DNA of 64,000 nt from the human T2T-CHM13v2.0 reference genome, Homo sapiens, in NCBI RefSeq assembly GCF_009914755.1, contig NC_060931.1, one strand, 5' to 3'. Below are positions 30,065 through 44,370 of the stretch, in pieces. Below the pieces are notes generated by a model. That model was not told the DNA's origin. It ran no database searches and saw only the letters and a program-made list of their open reading frames with translations. Made by a program: the position numbers and the translations under genes. How positions within the stretch are numbered: the first letter of the stretch is position 1; each line of letters begins with the position of its first letter.

Positions 30065-30337
30065 TGGCAGAAATATACTGGTTAAGTACAGGCTCTGGAG
30101 TCAGACTGCTGAAGTTTAAATCCTGGCCACATCATTAAGTTACTGTGAGACACTGAGAAAGTTACTTAATGTATTTGTTTCTTAGATTACTCATCTTTAA
30201 ATAGGCATATGAAAAGTACCATAGCATATGATAGTAAGCATACGGTTTATATCCAAATTAAACCTGTTCTATAAAATCTACTGAGAACAGAACATGATAC
30301 AATAGCATGTGCTCAATTAAGGTTAGCATTTATCATT
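30065..30337 (+). mobile_element. MIR
   Basis: GGTTAAG..GGCTCTGGAGTCAGACTG..AAATCCTGGC..GTGCTCAATTAA. Confidence 0.8.
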
Positions 30338-33300
30338 AGGGTGATAATAGAGCAAGAACAAGAGATCATTACCCTGTATAATTAAAATCCTTAATCATTA
30401 TCAAGGCATATTGATTGAGCAGGTCAATGAATGTGCTAAGCAACATAGGGTCACTGGGACAAAAACAATGACCAACAGGGATGAGGTCATTGTTCACTGG
30501 AGCATACAGCCTGTGTCCAAGAGGACCATAAGACTTATGAAGACAGAAGATATGATATGATGCCAACTAGAAATATTGTATATTTCTCAGCTCATACTTA
30601 AGTAGAGCTGGAAACTTTTCCATTTCTATATACTATCTTCATGACCTCTTCAAGTAGGTTCCAAAGTCCATTACACACTAGTAGTATTTCTGTTCAATGT
30701 AATTGTCCTAATCTTCCTTTACTCAAACTTCAAGGGTACACTATATGCAAGTGGGTCAGCAGTTTCTAAACCCAGGCTAAATTGTTGTCCATAATTGTAT
30801 TCATTCCATTCATGACTTCCCAAGTTTGCCCCATTTCTATACTAAAGAAATTTAACTTTTCACGCTCTCTATTTTTGTTTGTTTTCTCAAATATCTTTCT
30901 TTCACCCTATGAGAGGTGTAATGACCAGAATTTCCAAGTGAAAGATACATTTTAGATCAAAGGAGACATTATGTGTAATTTCCGAAAAATTATTCAGTGT
31001 CTGAAAATGTAATAATTCCCAATTTTTGGTCAACATTTTAGGCAACAGCTGTATATTAGGATGGTATCTTCAGAGAACAATGTAGGATTTCAACTGAGAC
31101 CTAACTCTGGTTTTCCCTCTCTCAGTTTCCTCATGTCCCTTCCTGGAAAACCCTCAGGAACTTGTTATCTTCTAGGTCTCCAGTAGAGTGGATATCTAAG
31201 TGGCAATTTTCATATTTTGGCTAACATGTTCCTATTTCATACATAAGTCTGAGCAGATGACATACTAACCAGGTTTTTGTATAAAAGTTTCATAAAACTT
31301 AAAATTATTCTGAACATTGGACACTATTTGATCTGTTAATGTAAGGTTGTCCATTTCAAAGAACACTTTGGGAATAGGAATCTGTCACCAAATTCTTCTT
31401 GGTAAAGGCAAGAGCACATTCTTAGGTAACCCTGAACCTGACATTGGTGTCTTATTCCTTAATTGACAACTTGCTAAATACCAGGAAATCAACAATTTGC
31501 TTATTAAATCTGTACAATGTCAATCAACTTATTCTTCTGACACAAGTGGCAAGTAATCATGGTACTGTCCGGACACCCTGCAGAACTTGAGTCTACTCTG
31601 GGCTCAATCTAAAGAGAAAAATAAAGAGTCTTCAGTAAAAAGTAGTGGAAGGAGGGAAGAATTCATATTTGCAATAAGGTCAGTTTAGTTTTTTACATAA
31701 CAAAGTGTTCAAATTTTTGTGAAAAAAAATCAGGTCAGTAATATTGCTTCCAATCGAAAGCAGTTTTTTGTGACTTTTATGTACATTCAACTGACAGACT
31801 AAATGAGCTTTGTCACTGCTTATCTCTGTGGCCTCAAAAACTTATTAACAACCTCTCAATCTTTACCTAGTATACATGATGGGTTTAAAATAGTATCACA
31901 AAATCTATGACCTAGAAAGAACGTGGTCCAACGCCCTTACGTAATAGATGAAGAAACTGAAACATTCACATTGCCCCTCTTTACTTCCATCTTCATACTT
32001 ATGCTTATTTTAGTTCCCCAAATACATCTTTTCTCTTTGTCTGTTTTTCTCTCTAGTCTCTGGCCTTCAAATTCACTCTTCATTTCATCAACCCCACACT
32101 TCCACTACGACATGTCTCATTAATGCCTCCCATCCTTCAGGTACCAGCATTGACATCACTTCTAGTTTGCTGACCTCGCAGTGTGAGTTAGAAGTTGTTT
32201 CTCTTTCCTGCTCTTGTTAGAGCACCTATCTCTAGCATTGTAACTGCCACCAAAATACAAGCTGCGAGAGGGTGCAGTTTCTACTCTCTGTTGTACCTCC
32301 AACCCATGGCACAGGGCCTTGTGTGTAAAAGCTGATTAGTAAAGCTTTAGTGAAAATAAATGGATCCATAACATGGTGATAATATGTCTCACCCATCTTC
32401 CTTATGACGGTTCTTTGACTTTTCTTTGCTTCTTTCCATCTTATCCTTTTCATATTATTTCCTCTTGGCCTGAGTGTTCCTTCTCCTACTACCCCAATTT
32501 GCACAGTCAGCACCTAGTCATCCTTAAAATCTTAGCCTCAACTGCATTTTCTCAGGGAAGCCCTCCAAGAGCTCTCAGATAAGCAGATTCCGTGCACAGA
32601 CACTCTCATTGTGCCTCCCATTGATTTTTCCAAAACTAGAATTGAACTATTAATTTTGTCTCTAATTATTTGGTATGTGTTTTTCCTTTCCTATGACAAT
32701 AGAGACCCTATCTGTATGTTGCAACTGTATATTCTGTGCCTGAGATATAACAAGCATTCATGAAATACTTGTTGCATGTGGAGTGGATAAATGAATACTT
32801 GAATGGGAAATAGTTCAACCCATTACTATATAGAAAAGAGTATTTCTCAAGGAAAGTAAGGAGTGTAAATCCAATTAGAATCTTGTCAAATTTCAGTCTA
32901 TCTTTAAAGACAAATATTTTATGAAGAAGAAAACTTACAAACATACGTATATGAAATTTATCCAGGTTTCTTAAAACTTTGTCTTTAGAATAGAGACCTG
33001 ATTAAACTCTGTGGGTAAAACTGTCCCAGTTTAGTCGCCTTTCAAGGTTAGAGAGAAATGTTTACTATGAGATGTGGGTCACAAATTAGCCTGGAGCAGG
33101 GCTATAATTAGTTAAAGCCAAGTGCTTTTTTATTGAACTCATATAGCGGCTACTCTAGAAGGTTCTGAGAGCCAATAGGATTCCTACCCTGATGTGAACA
33201 GTAGGGCACTTTAGTTCACATTGAACAGAGCCAAATCAAGAGAAGGAAGTACACATACACCACACATCAAATAACACCCCGGGCCACATGTCCCTTGTCC

Positions 33301-33819
33301 CTGCCTGGATTGAGGCTGCAAAGCAGAAATGGATATAAACAGAGAATGAGCCATTGTCAACATGTGAAAGTAAAGGGCACCTGCCTGAAAGGTGACTTGT
33401 TCTGTTCCTACCAGGACATCACTGCACTGGAATCTCACAGCAGTGCCCTGGGTAGATTTTAACTTCCTGGGTTTTCAAACTTTCATCCTTTCTTTGGCCA
33501 GTTTTTGAGTTGATAGAGGCTAGTACTCATAATAATTGGGATACAGAGATGAGAAAAAATAGTAGGTGTGTATTTTTGTAACTTTGTGGGGGGTTTTTAA
33601 ATACAAATACATTGTTTTAAGATACGTTTGAAAGTGTTCAGAAAGTCCTAAGGCTTTACTAAGAAAAAGTACTCTAGAAAGGATTCAGGCTTCTTACATT
33701 GCTATGAATCATAGGATCCAAAGGGCCATGTTCACCATATTCAATCTAGAAAACTCAGAATTTATCCAAGGAAATTCTTTGAATGCATAACAACTCCTGA
33801 TAAGAAAGAAGACAGGCAG

Positions 33820-34182
33820 TGATATGGTTTGACTCTGTGTCCCCACCCAAATCTCACCTTGAATTGTAATCCCCATAATCCCCATGTGTCAAGGGCAGGA
33901 CCAGATGGAGGTAATTGGATCATGGCGGCAGTTTCCCCCATGCTATTCTGTGATAGTGAGTGAGTCTTATGAGAGTTGATGGTTTTATAAGTGTCTGGCA
34001 TCTCCCCTGCTTGCATTCATTCTCTTTCCTGCCACCCTGTGAAGAGGTGCCTTCCGCCATGATTGTATGTTTCCTGAGGTCTCCCCAGCTATGTGGAACT
34101 GTGAGGGAATTAAACCTCTTTTCTTTATAGATTACCCAGTTCTGGGTATTTCTTCATAGCAGCACGAGAATGGGCTAATACA
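33820..34182 (+). mobile_element. THE1D-like LTR
   Basis: TGATATGGTTTGACTCTGTGTCCCCACCC...GCTAATACA, followed by GTAAAT (start of the internal region). Confidence 0.9.
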
Positions 34183-35023
34183 GTAAATGCAGTGAGAAGA
34201 ATGAGTAGAAATTAATATGAGCCGTGTTACAATTCTGAGCCCATGTGTTTTTTTCTATGCTGAATAGAAAACAAAATCTTGATAAATGCTAACGTATTAA
34301 GTGACACCATGGCCTTTAGGTACGGTGAGACAATGAAAAAATCATGAAGTTTTGTTAGAATCATACTAAGAACTAAGCCCTAATCTAGAGAATTGGTTCA
34401 AATAGATGTTTGCCACTTACCAGCTCTGTGATCTTGTGCAGATCAATCATTCTGCCTCTGTTTCCTATAAACTGGGGATAATAAAACCTATATCCTCCTC
34501 AGAGGGCCAGTGTTAGTATCATGTGAGATTATGTCCTCTGCAATCTCATCTTACCACTAATGTTCAAAACACATTAATTTATTGATTCAGCAAATATGCA
34601 CTCCATCTCCACTGTTTTAGACGCTAGGGTATAAAGGTGAACAAGACAAAACTCTGCCTTCACACAGCTGACATTACAAACAACACTTTCAAGGTGGCTT
34701 TATGGGAGAGTCTTTCAAAATTGTAAAGTGCTTTAAAGTACATATTTATATTAAAGATCATGGGTATGTGGCAGCTATTTTTATGGTTTTGAGACCTGGT
34801 TTTCTTGTTGCTAATTTACTACTACAATCCAGAGACATGTGTTGTGAAAAATAGAGCAGCCACAAGGAGAATGAATTACTAGAAAGAAAGAGTATACCTA
34901 CAGTAGATTTACCCTGAAGGAAAAGGAGGGTTTCTCCTCTTGGGGTTATTTCATTCTTCTTAAAAAATATTAATTACTTGTCTCATTTAAAAAGTATTAC
35001 AGACTCATATAAAAACCAAAGAA

Positions 35024-35148
35024 ACACACACACACACACACACACATACATATATGTATATATGTATACATATATATGTATATGTACACGTATACATATA
35101 CATATATATGTATATATATACACACACACATACATAGAGAGAGAGAGA
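35024..35148. repeat. (CA)n/(TA)n/(GA)n compound microsatellite
   Basis: Read directly. Confidence 0.95.
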
Positions 35149-37279
35149 TTACTCATAACTTCACAATGTAGAAACAACACTTTTAACGAGTTCTATTTAT
35201 GTTTTCTTTCTATGACTTTACTTAGGAATATATTGACAGTTGATATAGTATTTTATGCTAAAAATTCAATTGTATCTATTTTCCATGTCATTGCATATAC
35301 TTTGAAATGTGACCAAGTAATATTCCTTTATATTATCCTACTCCATATATTTTGTAACCTTTCATCTTTTGTACATCAGTTGGATAGTTCTGACCTCTTG
35401 TTATTATAAATAATGATGCAATGCTGATTTTGTTCACAAATCATCGAATGCTTAAATTTTGCCTTAGTATAGATTATTAGAAAAGGATGTACTGGATCCA
35501 AGGGCAGGACATTTTAAAAACTCCAGATATGTGTCGGGAAATTTATTTTTTGAAAGGAAGTAGTAATTTAAATTCTTATCAGCAATTTATATGAGTCTAT
35601 CACAGCAAAGTTACTCTTGAAAGGCAAATAATCAGACAACAAGCATCATCTGTTTTCTATCTTTTCACAAGCCTTTTGGAAATAGAATTGCCATGTAGTT
35701 GGTATAAGTAAACATCAACTCCCCACTTTCAATATTAAGAAAATCTGGGAGAAATCAGATTGGAAGTGGGCCTTAAGAGAAAGACATCTGTTTAAAGATT
35801 GTTCAAAGACCTTAAGGGGACATGTTTTTCAAGAAGTGAGAAAGTTGAGAATTCTGAAATAAGCTTATCTCATTTTCTCAGTAAAAGGTCTTGCTTTGAT
35901 TACTTATTTTCAGATGGCCTGCTGTGTATACAGAAAAACTAAAAAGGAAATTAGGAGATGAAATGATTTCAGATTGAGGGGAGCCCAGATTTTAACTAAA
36001 GTGACTCAGGCCCTGTTCGCTGCTGACTTAAATAAAGTGTCTTTGGGTTATTAAAGCAGTGGGAGGAAGTATTGATTAGAATAGAAATACAAAATGTGCA
36101 CCTTCTAAGAGATAGAATTCATTTTAGCTAAAAGAAGCTAAAATCATTCAGAAATGCACATTGCAGAGGTCAAGAGAGACAGCTGAAAAGGAACAGTTGG
36201 AGGCATACCATCAAGACCACTGAAAGTTCACTTTTGGAGACTTGTTCAATAAATCACAAGGACTTATCACAGAAAAAGGATCATATCCCTGTCAAACAGT
36301 ACCATCGCAACATAAATATGTTCAAAAGCCTGCATATCACCAAGATCCTTTTAATGCTTTGTGAACCGATTTAAAGTAACTCACCTGTGCTTAAGAATTA
36401 ACTGCCTAGTCATCTAGAACTACCTAATCTCTCGCCCCACGTCAGCTATGCCTCAGAACTGATAACAAGGCTTGTCGAATTGTGAACATACAGCTCAGTG
36501 ATTCAGGAACTAAAATCCAGGTACTGGTTGGCTAGGCTGCCTAACGTGGCACTGTTCATTCAATTTCCAAATATTTCAGTTTAAATGAGTAGCATAAATT
36601 AAGTGGCAAAATACAGAAACATATTTCTGTTAAAAATCAAAAGTATCATCTTTTAAACATTTGCTTAATGTGTTATTCACAGATGTAGTTCAGTCCAATG
36701 CCTATGCAATAATTTTGTTGTTTCTTCTTTGATTTCCTATTTTGTAGCATCACTTGTTTCATTTCCTCTTTTATGGACTCAATGCATTTACTTCTACGAT
36801 ATGTGTGGAAAACATGTGTACATGCATACTGCCCCTCAGTGCTACCCACATGCTGATACTTTGCTTCATCCACACCTCTTCTTTCCCTCACTGTCCACCT
36901 TCCTCTTCATTCATCAACTCTATTTCATAGCAATACCTTCTACTCCTTCTACTCCTGCTCAACTATCTGCTCTTCTGCACTCATTTGCTTTCTGATATCA
37001 AGTATACGTGAATAAAAGATAGTACATATATTTGTGTCTAGATGCAGACTAAACACATCTAGACAATTTCAGGAACCTGTTTTGTCCCCCCCACTCACTT
37101 TGGGAGGCGGCTCAGCATTTAACTGCATCTCCTAAAAACAGAAAGTTTAGCTATGAAAGCACTAGTGAATAAAGTAGATTTAATAGAAGGTTTAGTGAAG
37201 ATGAAATTACTTCATCAACCATGCAGAACAAAATTAATAAAAGTCCCCAATATGTCAGTTATTTTTCAAATCAACTCAC

Positions 37280-37378
37280 CAGTTGCATCAGTAGACGAAT
37301 CCATCTCCCTTCACCCAAACACTCCTCTCTACCATCTTCTCAAACTCTCCCCACTCCTGTGTCTCCATTTTCCCTTCT
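37280..37378 (-). other. Candidate 99-nt alternative PTN exon in the last intron
   Basis: Acceptor CTCAATTCCTTCTTATAG|, purine-rich body, donor CTG|GTGAGT. In PTN phase it encodes EKGKWRHRSGESLRRW-stop. Confidence 0.5.
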
Positions 37379-37831
37379 CTATAAGAAGGAATTGAGATAT
37401 CTATAGCTTCTCCAAATCATAAAGGGCCCATTCAGGATGCACTTTCTTTATACAGTAGAGTCAGGGGTGGGGGAATCAGCCACACATGAGCGTGTTGGGA
37501 TCAGTCCCTGATCTGACCCATACATACATGTATACCAAGTAGAAAATTGTCATTTAAACTCCTAGTTTTAGCTCAAAACATGTATACCATCCTTATTTGT
37601 TATTTACAGACACACATACACATACACAGACAGAGAGAGAGAAAACCACAGATGTGGACTTAATGCCGAGTTTCTTTTGTTTAGCAAAAGCCTCTGCCCT
37701 TCCTCTATCTGTAGACCACTCTCAAGATTTTATACTTCTTGACAGTGACCATCCCACACCACAGATTCATCGACCTCTATACCTAAACACAAAAGAACGA
37801 TTTATCTCTAATATGACATTTAAATATTTAA

Positions 37832-37877
37832 GAGCTTATTTCTGCAATAATGAGGAGCTTATTTCTGCAATAATGAG
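37832..37877. repeat. Perfect 23-bp tandem duplication
   Basis: GAGCTTATTTCTGCAATAATGAG occurs twice. Confidence 0.95.
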
Positions 37878-38191
37878 GGCAGAGGTAGAAAATTTGCCTT
37901 ATTATAAACTATTGTAAATTAGAAATGAAATGTAGTATTATAAACAGTAATAAGTAGTTCACACTTAGCTAATCATTATTTTCTATGATCATATCTAATG
38001 TTTAATATAATATAGCCAGTACTACTAGGAAATCAAATTTTAATCTGTGAAAAAAGGGCAAAGTTTGAACTCCAGTATATTTAAAATTTTAGTAGGTACA
38101 GTCCCATAAATGTTTTTCCTATTCATTACCAAATAAATCTTTCTTTTGGCTCAAAAAATTATAGATATAGATATAGTTAAATAGAATCAGT

Positions 38192-38563
38192 TATTATGGC
38201 CTGACTTGCATCCCTCCTGAAAATTCATACTGAACTCCTAACCCTTGTATCTCAGAGTGAGAACATATTTTAGAGATAGTCTTTACAGAGGCAATTAAAT
38301 TAAAATGAGGGCATTCGGATAGACCCTAATCCAATATGACTGGTGCATTTACAAGAAGAGGAAATTTGAACACAGACACATATAGTGAGGACACAAGGAA
38401 AAGACAGCTGTCTATAAACCAGGAAGAGGGGCCTCATAGGGCACCAACCCTGACAATACCTTGATCTCAGACTTTCAGACTCCAGAACTATGAGAAAATA
38501 AAGTTATATTTAATCTACTGAGTCTATGGTACTTTGTCACGACAGCCCTAGCAGACTAATGCA
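38192..38563 (+). mobile_element. MLT1B LTR
   Basis: TTAAAATGAGG..CCCTAATCCAATATGACTGGTG..GCAGACTAATGCA. Confidence 0.85.
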
Positions 38564-39744
38564 TCCGCGAATTCGATTTCAGACTATATTTCATTTTTGT
38601 GTATCCTTCAGAGCATATTCACTAGCTGTAGAGGTGAAAAATAGGATGTTAGTTTATTGTTATTTTTAAATTTGTCCTCCAGAATTAAATAATTTTTAAA
38701 TTTTAAGTCATTTAAATATGTAACTTAGGTGCTAAGCAATATAAGGTTTTATGCTCACCAGTGATTTCACAAATCTTACTGCATTAATTCTTTCACCCCC
38801 CTTCAAACATGTCCTCCCAGCTGTAAGCAGGTGAGCTATTCCCCACCACGTGATTTCTTCTGCCCCAAAAGACCCAGCAATCTGTCTATAGCAGCAGCAG
38901 CAAAAGGTAGATCTGAAGATCTTTCTCTATACTTTACATGTTTTTAGACAGCAGCCTTCAGAGCAGCTTAATTTATTACTCTTGTACATCTAGGTGAAGA
39001 TCTGAAAATGTTTTTTTCTATTTTCTGTAAGAGTAAAAATAATTTTTGAAAGCCTAGCAAGAGAAAGGATCATGAATGTGTTAACCTGCCATCAATATCT
39101 GTGGGCCTTGCCGCCTGCATGCATGAACACTAGGACGCTAGAACAATTTTACTTCCTTCTTGCTCTTTGGATTCCTGATGAGTTCTTCTACAAATATTGT
39201 TTACTCCTCTAGAAAAAGTCTTTATTATTTTATTTTCATGGCCTCTGTGCACTGAACAACAACAAGCTTGCTCTGATTTCCCTGTAGGTTTGCATCAGTG
39301 AGAAGCAGAGCAGACTGGGAGTGTGCCAAGTGTCCCCACCAGCAGTTCCAGTTACCAGGACAGCCATCCCTCAAATTGTGGTGAAGCACCAGAATTGCTA
39401 GGAATGTCATAGCGGAGGGAAGACAATCATGAATCCAGGCCAGGGCCCAGCCTGGGAGAGCTCTGGGTTAACAAGTCACCTTGCTGTTCGCCCTTACTCT
39501 CAAGGAACATAGCTGCTTTAAAGAACCCTAGATTGAAAATGCAGCACTAAGAGTGATCATTTGTTTTCAGAGTAATTTTTATACAAAGACAAGCTCAGGC
39601 CAGAAATTATCCAACAGGGCTCAATCAGTCATAAATAACTCTGAATATGCTTATACGAATGTTTAGGATTATCATGGAAACAAAAAACAAATTATTAATT
39701 TCTTTTAGAATACCTAAAGAGATCCGGCAGTGATCACTTGGTTT

Positions 39745-39985
39745 GGGAAGCACTGGTACAATGGAAAAGAACTCTGGAAACAGACTGTCCTGACTTCAAG
39801 TTCAAGACTGATCATTCACTGTCTGGGTAACTTTGTGCAAGTTGCAACCTTAGTGTGTTATTTTGTAAAATACAAATAAAACTACTTTAGCTGCCATGCA
39901 GCTTGAGTGAGACAATGCAGGCTAACGGCTTAGTATAATGCCTGTCATATCATAAATACTCAATAAATAGGATACACTTTTACAA
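39745..39985 (+). mobile_element. MIR
   Basis: CTCTGGAAACAGACTGTCC..GCAAGTTG..TAAAATA..TACTCAATAAAT. Confidence 0.65.
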
Positions 39986-40507
39986 TACTCAATAAATAAC
40001 AACAGGTACAACTTAAAACACAAGCAGAAAGCCTCAATTTGGAAGTTAGAAGACAGAAATGCAAAAGCTTCAGGAAGCAAAAAGGAGGTCCCGAAACCCA
40101 ATAACTAATATGCAGCTTTCCTTAGTACTAATTACTCTATAGCTGTTTTGTGAGTACACAGCTAATGACCCTCTGAGCATGGAATGTGCCCAGGGAGATG
40201 AAAGCAGACACACAGTTTGAAGTAAACCTACAAATATTTATAGCTGCTAGTTCTCACAGCTGCCCCAGCAATTAGGACCAAAAATTCTTCAATAAGGAGG
40301 GGGAGTAAAACACACAAATGACTCTGATCCCAAGTGAGCTCATTGTGCCTTCACAGTGATTTCTCTACACATTTTTGAAGCCAGTGTGAATGATGTAGCC
40401 TAGTGAGCTAGACCAGGACAATTTAGTTGGATACATCATTCATTCATTCAAGTCAGTATTCTTCCTTGAGTTTTCTCATGGGCTAGGGACTATAAGATGT
40501 AATTTTC

Positions 40508-40511
40508 TTTT

Positions 40512-40546
<35 letters not shown>

Positions 40547-40892
40547 TTATTATACTTTAAGTTTTAGGGTACATGTGCACAATGTGCAGGTTAGTTACAC
40601 ATGTATACATGTGACGTGCTGGTGCGCTGCACCCACTAACTCGTCATCTAGCATTAGGTATATCTCCCAGTGCTATCCCTCCCCCCTCCTCCCACCCCAC
40701 AACAGTCCCCAGAGTGTGATGTTTCCCTTCCTGTGTCCATGTGATCTCATTGTTCAATTCCCACCTATGAGTGAGAATATGCGGTGTTTGGTTTTTTGTT
40801 CTTGCGATAGTTTACTGAGAATGATGATTTCCAATTTCATCCATGTCCCTACAAAGGACATGAACTCATCATTTTTTATGGCTGCATAGTAT
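40508..40892 (-). mobile_element. L1PA2-type 3' fragment, sense to PTN
   Basis: Diagnostic GTTAGTTAC, CATCTAGC and CAATGAGATCAC (GAG type). (TTTA)n tail. 17-bp TSD with 2 mismatches at 40491-40507 and 40890-40906. Confidence 0.9.
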
Positions 40893-41079
40893 ATGATATA
40901 ATTTTCAAAAGTGAATAAGTTGTAGTATACGAAGAGTTTGCCTGTTAGGAGAGGGAAACATGCCCTCGGTACAGCATAATGGATGCCTTATCACAGGAGT
41001 GACATGTCCTCTCAGAGGAGACCGTGACTTAATATTTGGGAAGGGAAGTCTGGCAAGTTTTAACACTGATCCCTTTTCT

Positions 41080-41480
41080 AGTCATTGAGCAAAACAAGCT
41101 CTCTTTGGCCTGAAGGACTTTGAACTTCTGCTTGTTTCGTTTAGAACACCAGTATGGCTAGCCCCTTCTCTCTCTTCCAAACCAAGTTCAAAAGTTACCT
41201 TGTCCGAGAGGCTTTCCCCGATTACTCTATCTCACGTACTCCTTTCCCATCACTCTATCACTTGGTTCTGTTTAGTTTTTAAGGTCACTTATGCCAAGAG
41301 GTATTTACTGATTTAATTATTATTTATTTCTCTTTTTCCTTCATTGTCCACCCACCACCACCACCAGTAGAACACAGCAGTCAGAGGGAAGGAACCGTGT
41401 TTGTCTAATATCACTAGCACTTAACATACTGTGTGCTCCATTGCAGGCTCTTAATAGATTTTATAAAAACATGAATACAT
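41080..41480 (+). mobile_element. L2 3' fragment
   Basis: AAGTTACCTTGTCCGAGAGGCTTTCCC..CTAGCACTTAACATA..GCTCTTAATAGAT. Confidence 0.6.
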
Positions 41481-42046
41481 TAGAAACAATGCTAAAGGAC
41501 TCTCCACTTCTCTGTCTCATAGCATTTGCCACTCTATGTGGTACACTGGAATTTATCCCTCTGCTTCTCCTACTACACTGTAAGACCAGTAAGGTCATTA
41601 ATTTATCCCTGGTGCTAACTAGAGCACATAGCACTTGCTCGCTAAAATATTTGCTGAAAGAACAGTAGAAATGTATGAAAGAAAAGAAGAAGGAAAACAG
41701 TTCCAGGTTTCAAGAACTACAGATGCAAAGAAATGGACACATAAGAAATCATGGCCCAGTCTGCTGTCTCCTGGAGTTTGGGAGTTTGGTATGGCTGGGG
41801 CAAAGTTTGTAAGCAATGTCTAGAGAAAGATCAGGCAAGTGCCCAGCCAGGAAGATACACGAGCAAGACAGCCTGCTAAGGAGTCAGGGTGGGTCTAAAA
41901 TTCATTCACTTTCTTAGGTAAGAAACTTAGATACCTGTATGGAATGACACAGAAGAAGGAGCTGTGCATGCTGCAGGAGCTCTAGAGTCGACTGCCTTGC
42001 ATTTAAGTCCTCTGCATATTAGTGGTATAACCTTGTGCTAGGTATA

Positions 42047-42406
42047 TGTATTAGTTCATTTTCACACTGCTATAAAGACATTACCTGAGACTGGGTAATA
42101 CATAAACAAAAGAGGTTTAATTGACTCACAGTTCTGCATGGCTGGAGAGGTCTCAGGAAACTTACAATCATGGCTGAAGGCGAAGGGAAAACAAGGTACA
42201 TTTTACATGGCAGCAGGAGAGACAGCGAGAGCAAGGAAGTGCCACACTTTAAAACCATCAACTCTCGTGAGAACTCACTCACTATCAGGAGAACGGCAAG
42301 AGGGAAACCACCCCCATGATACAATCACCTCCCACCAGGTCCCTCCTTCAACACCTAGGAGTTAAAATTGGAGATGAGATTTGTGTCGGGAAACAGAGCC
42401 ATATCA
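42047..42406 (-). mobile_element. MSTA/THE1D LTR inserted in a MIR
   Basis: TGTATTAGTTCATTTTCACACTGCTATAAAG...CCATATCA, with MIR halves at ~41965-42046 and ~42407-42580. Confidence 0.88.
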
Positions 42407-43962
42407 TTATCTAAATTCTCTATAGCCTCAGTTTCCTTGTATGTAAAAATAAATATAACAGTAACTATTTCACAGAGTTTTGTGAATATTAAATGACACC
42501 CTGTGTGAGCAATGCACTAAACTTTACTCAAAACACACTAAGCTCTCCGTAAATATAAACTATAATCACTTTTGTTGTAATCACCATAATTCTCCTTTTG
42601 CCTGAAAAGGTGCTGAGGGTAAAACACCTACTTCAAGAAATTCATTTGGAAGAAAGGAAATAGTCTTTAAAATACTGCATATTTACCAAGCATTCTTACT
42701 TACAGTGCTTCATTTTGTCTTTATAACGATCCTATGGTATATTCACTGTCAACTCTAATTTAGAGAAGACAAAATAGGTATCATTCTACTAAGAAAAGGA
42801 TAGAGTTAGATCTCCCCACTTCTAGTACGGTATCATGGATGGAAAATAAAACATAGGTGTTGAAAGATGTTTTCACAAGCAGAATAAAAAAGAAATAAAA
42901 ACTTGAGACCCAACGGAGTACAAGTGTTTTCCTCTGATCAAGAGGAACAGAATTCCCACAGGGTACCCCATGCTGCCTCTTCTGGCCAAGTACAAGGGCA
43001 GTAATCATCAACCTCTTCAGGGGGCCTTCGAGGGGAGGGAGCCAGTCCCAGGCCAGCCTGTGGTGGGATTCTGCCCCCTCACCTCTCTCAACACAGTTAA
43101 AAGTCTCCCAGCCTAGCAAAGCCCATCCATACAGTGTTGCCATGCTCACTCCTGAGGGATGTCAGAGCCCAGAACATAGACAGAAATGTTGGGGGGAACT
43201 TCTTTTATCTTTAAAAGAACTAACAAAAGAATCTATTTAGCTGGGGAGAGAATTGAGAATGCTGGGAATATCACTTTCCTGACCCCTTTTTTCCCATTTA
43301 ATAATCAGCTGCCAAAAGCTGTGTCCTGCACACAGTTGAGTCTTGCACTTAAACAGTTTCTGTTCTTTTGATCTTTAAAGATGAATTGTCAAACACAAGA
43401 GAGGGCTAGGCGGCTTTCCAAAAAAGAGCAGCAAGATGGCAAAACTTTCAGAAATAGCTGGAAAGGAAGAAAAAGAATTGAGGTTATCGAGAGCAGGAAA
43501 ATTGAACAAGGATCTGGTAACAGCAGCGTGTGGCTTGGTATGGACAGCAGGAGGGACTGACATTCATTCCCTGACTCACCTGTAGCATAGACATCTCTCC
43601 CTGTGTGCCCATCTCTGCCAGTCCCAAAAACAATCTGAGAATTCCCCTTTTCCAGATAAACTTGGTAGCTGGCTTATCTGTACTAAAAAGGGCTTCACAA
43701 CACCCTTCATTTATGCATCTGATTTAAAAAGTAACAACTAATAATTGCCAGGTGAACAATAACCCAAGATACTAGAATGTTCCAAGATGATCATTAGGCA
43801 ATATCACCTGTGGCCTGAAGGAACCTCTCAGCTCTCACTGGAGCCTCCCACACAAGCCCCAGCCCCTGCTTTAGCTTGGCTCTGCACTCCAGTGACAAAT
43901 ACCAGAAGCCTGCTCCATGGGCTGCACCGTCCCCTGACCCACACAGACAGGACTGCCTATAG

Positions 43963-44370
<408 letters not shown>

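Noticed and set aside
30560-31480. Possible CR1/L3 remnant
   Set aside because: Only a vague resemblance; cannot be supported without an HMM search.
37280-37400. Upstream alternative acceptor at 37400 (frame DISIPSY...)
   Set aside because: It has no pyrimidine tract; the AG before 37378 is much stronger.
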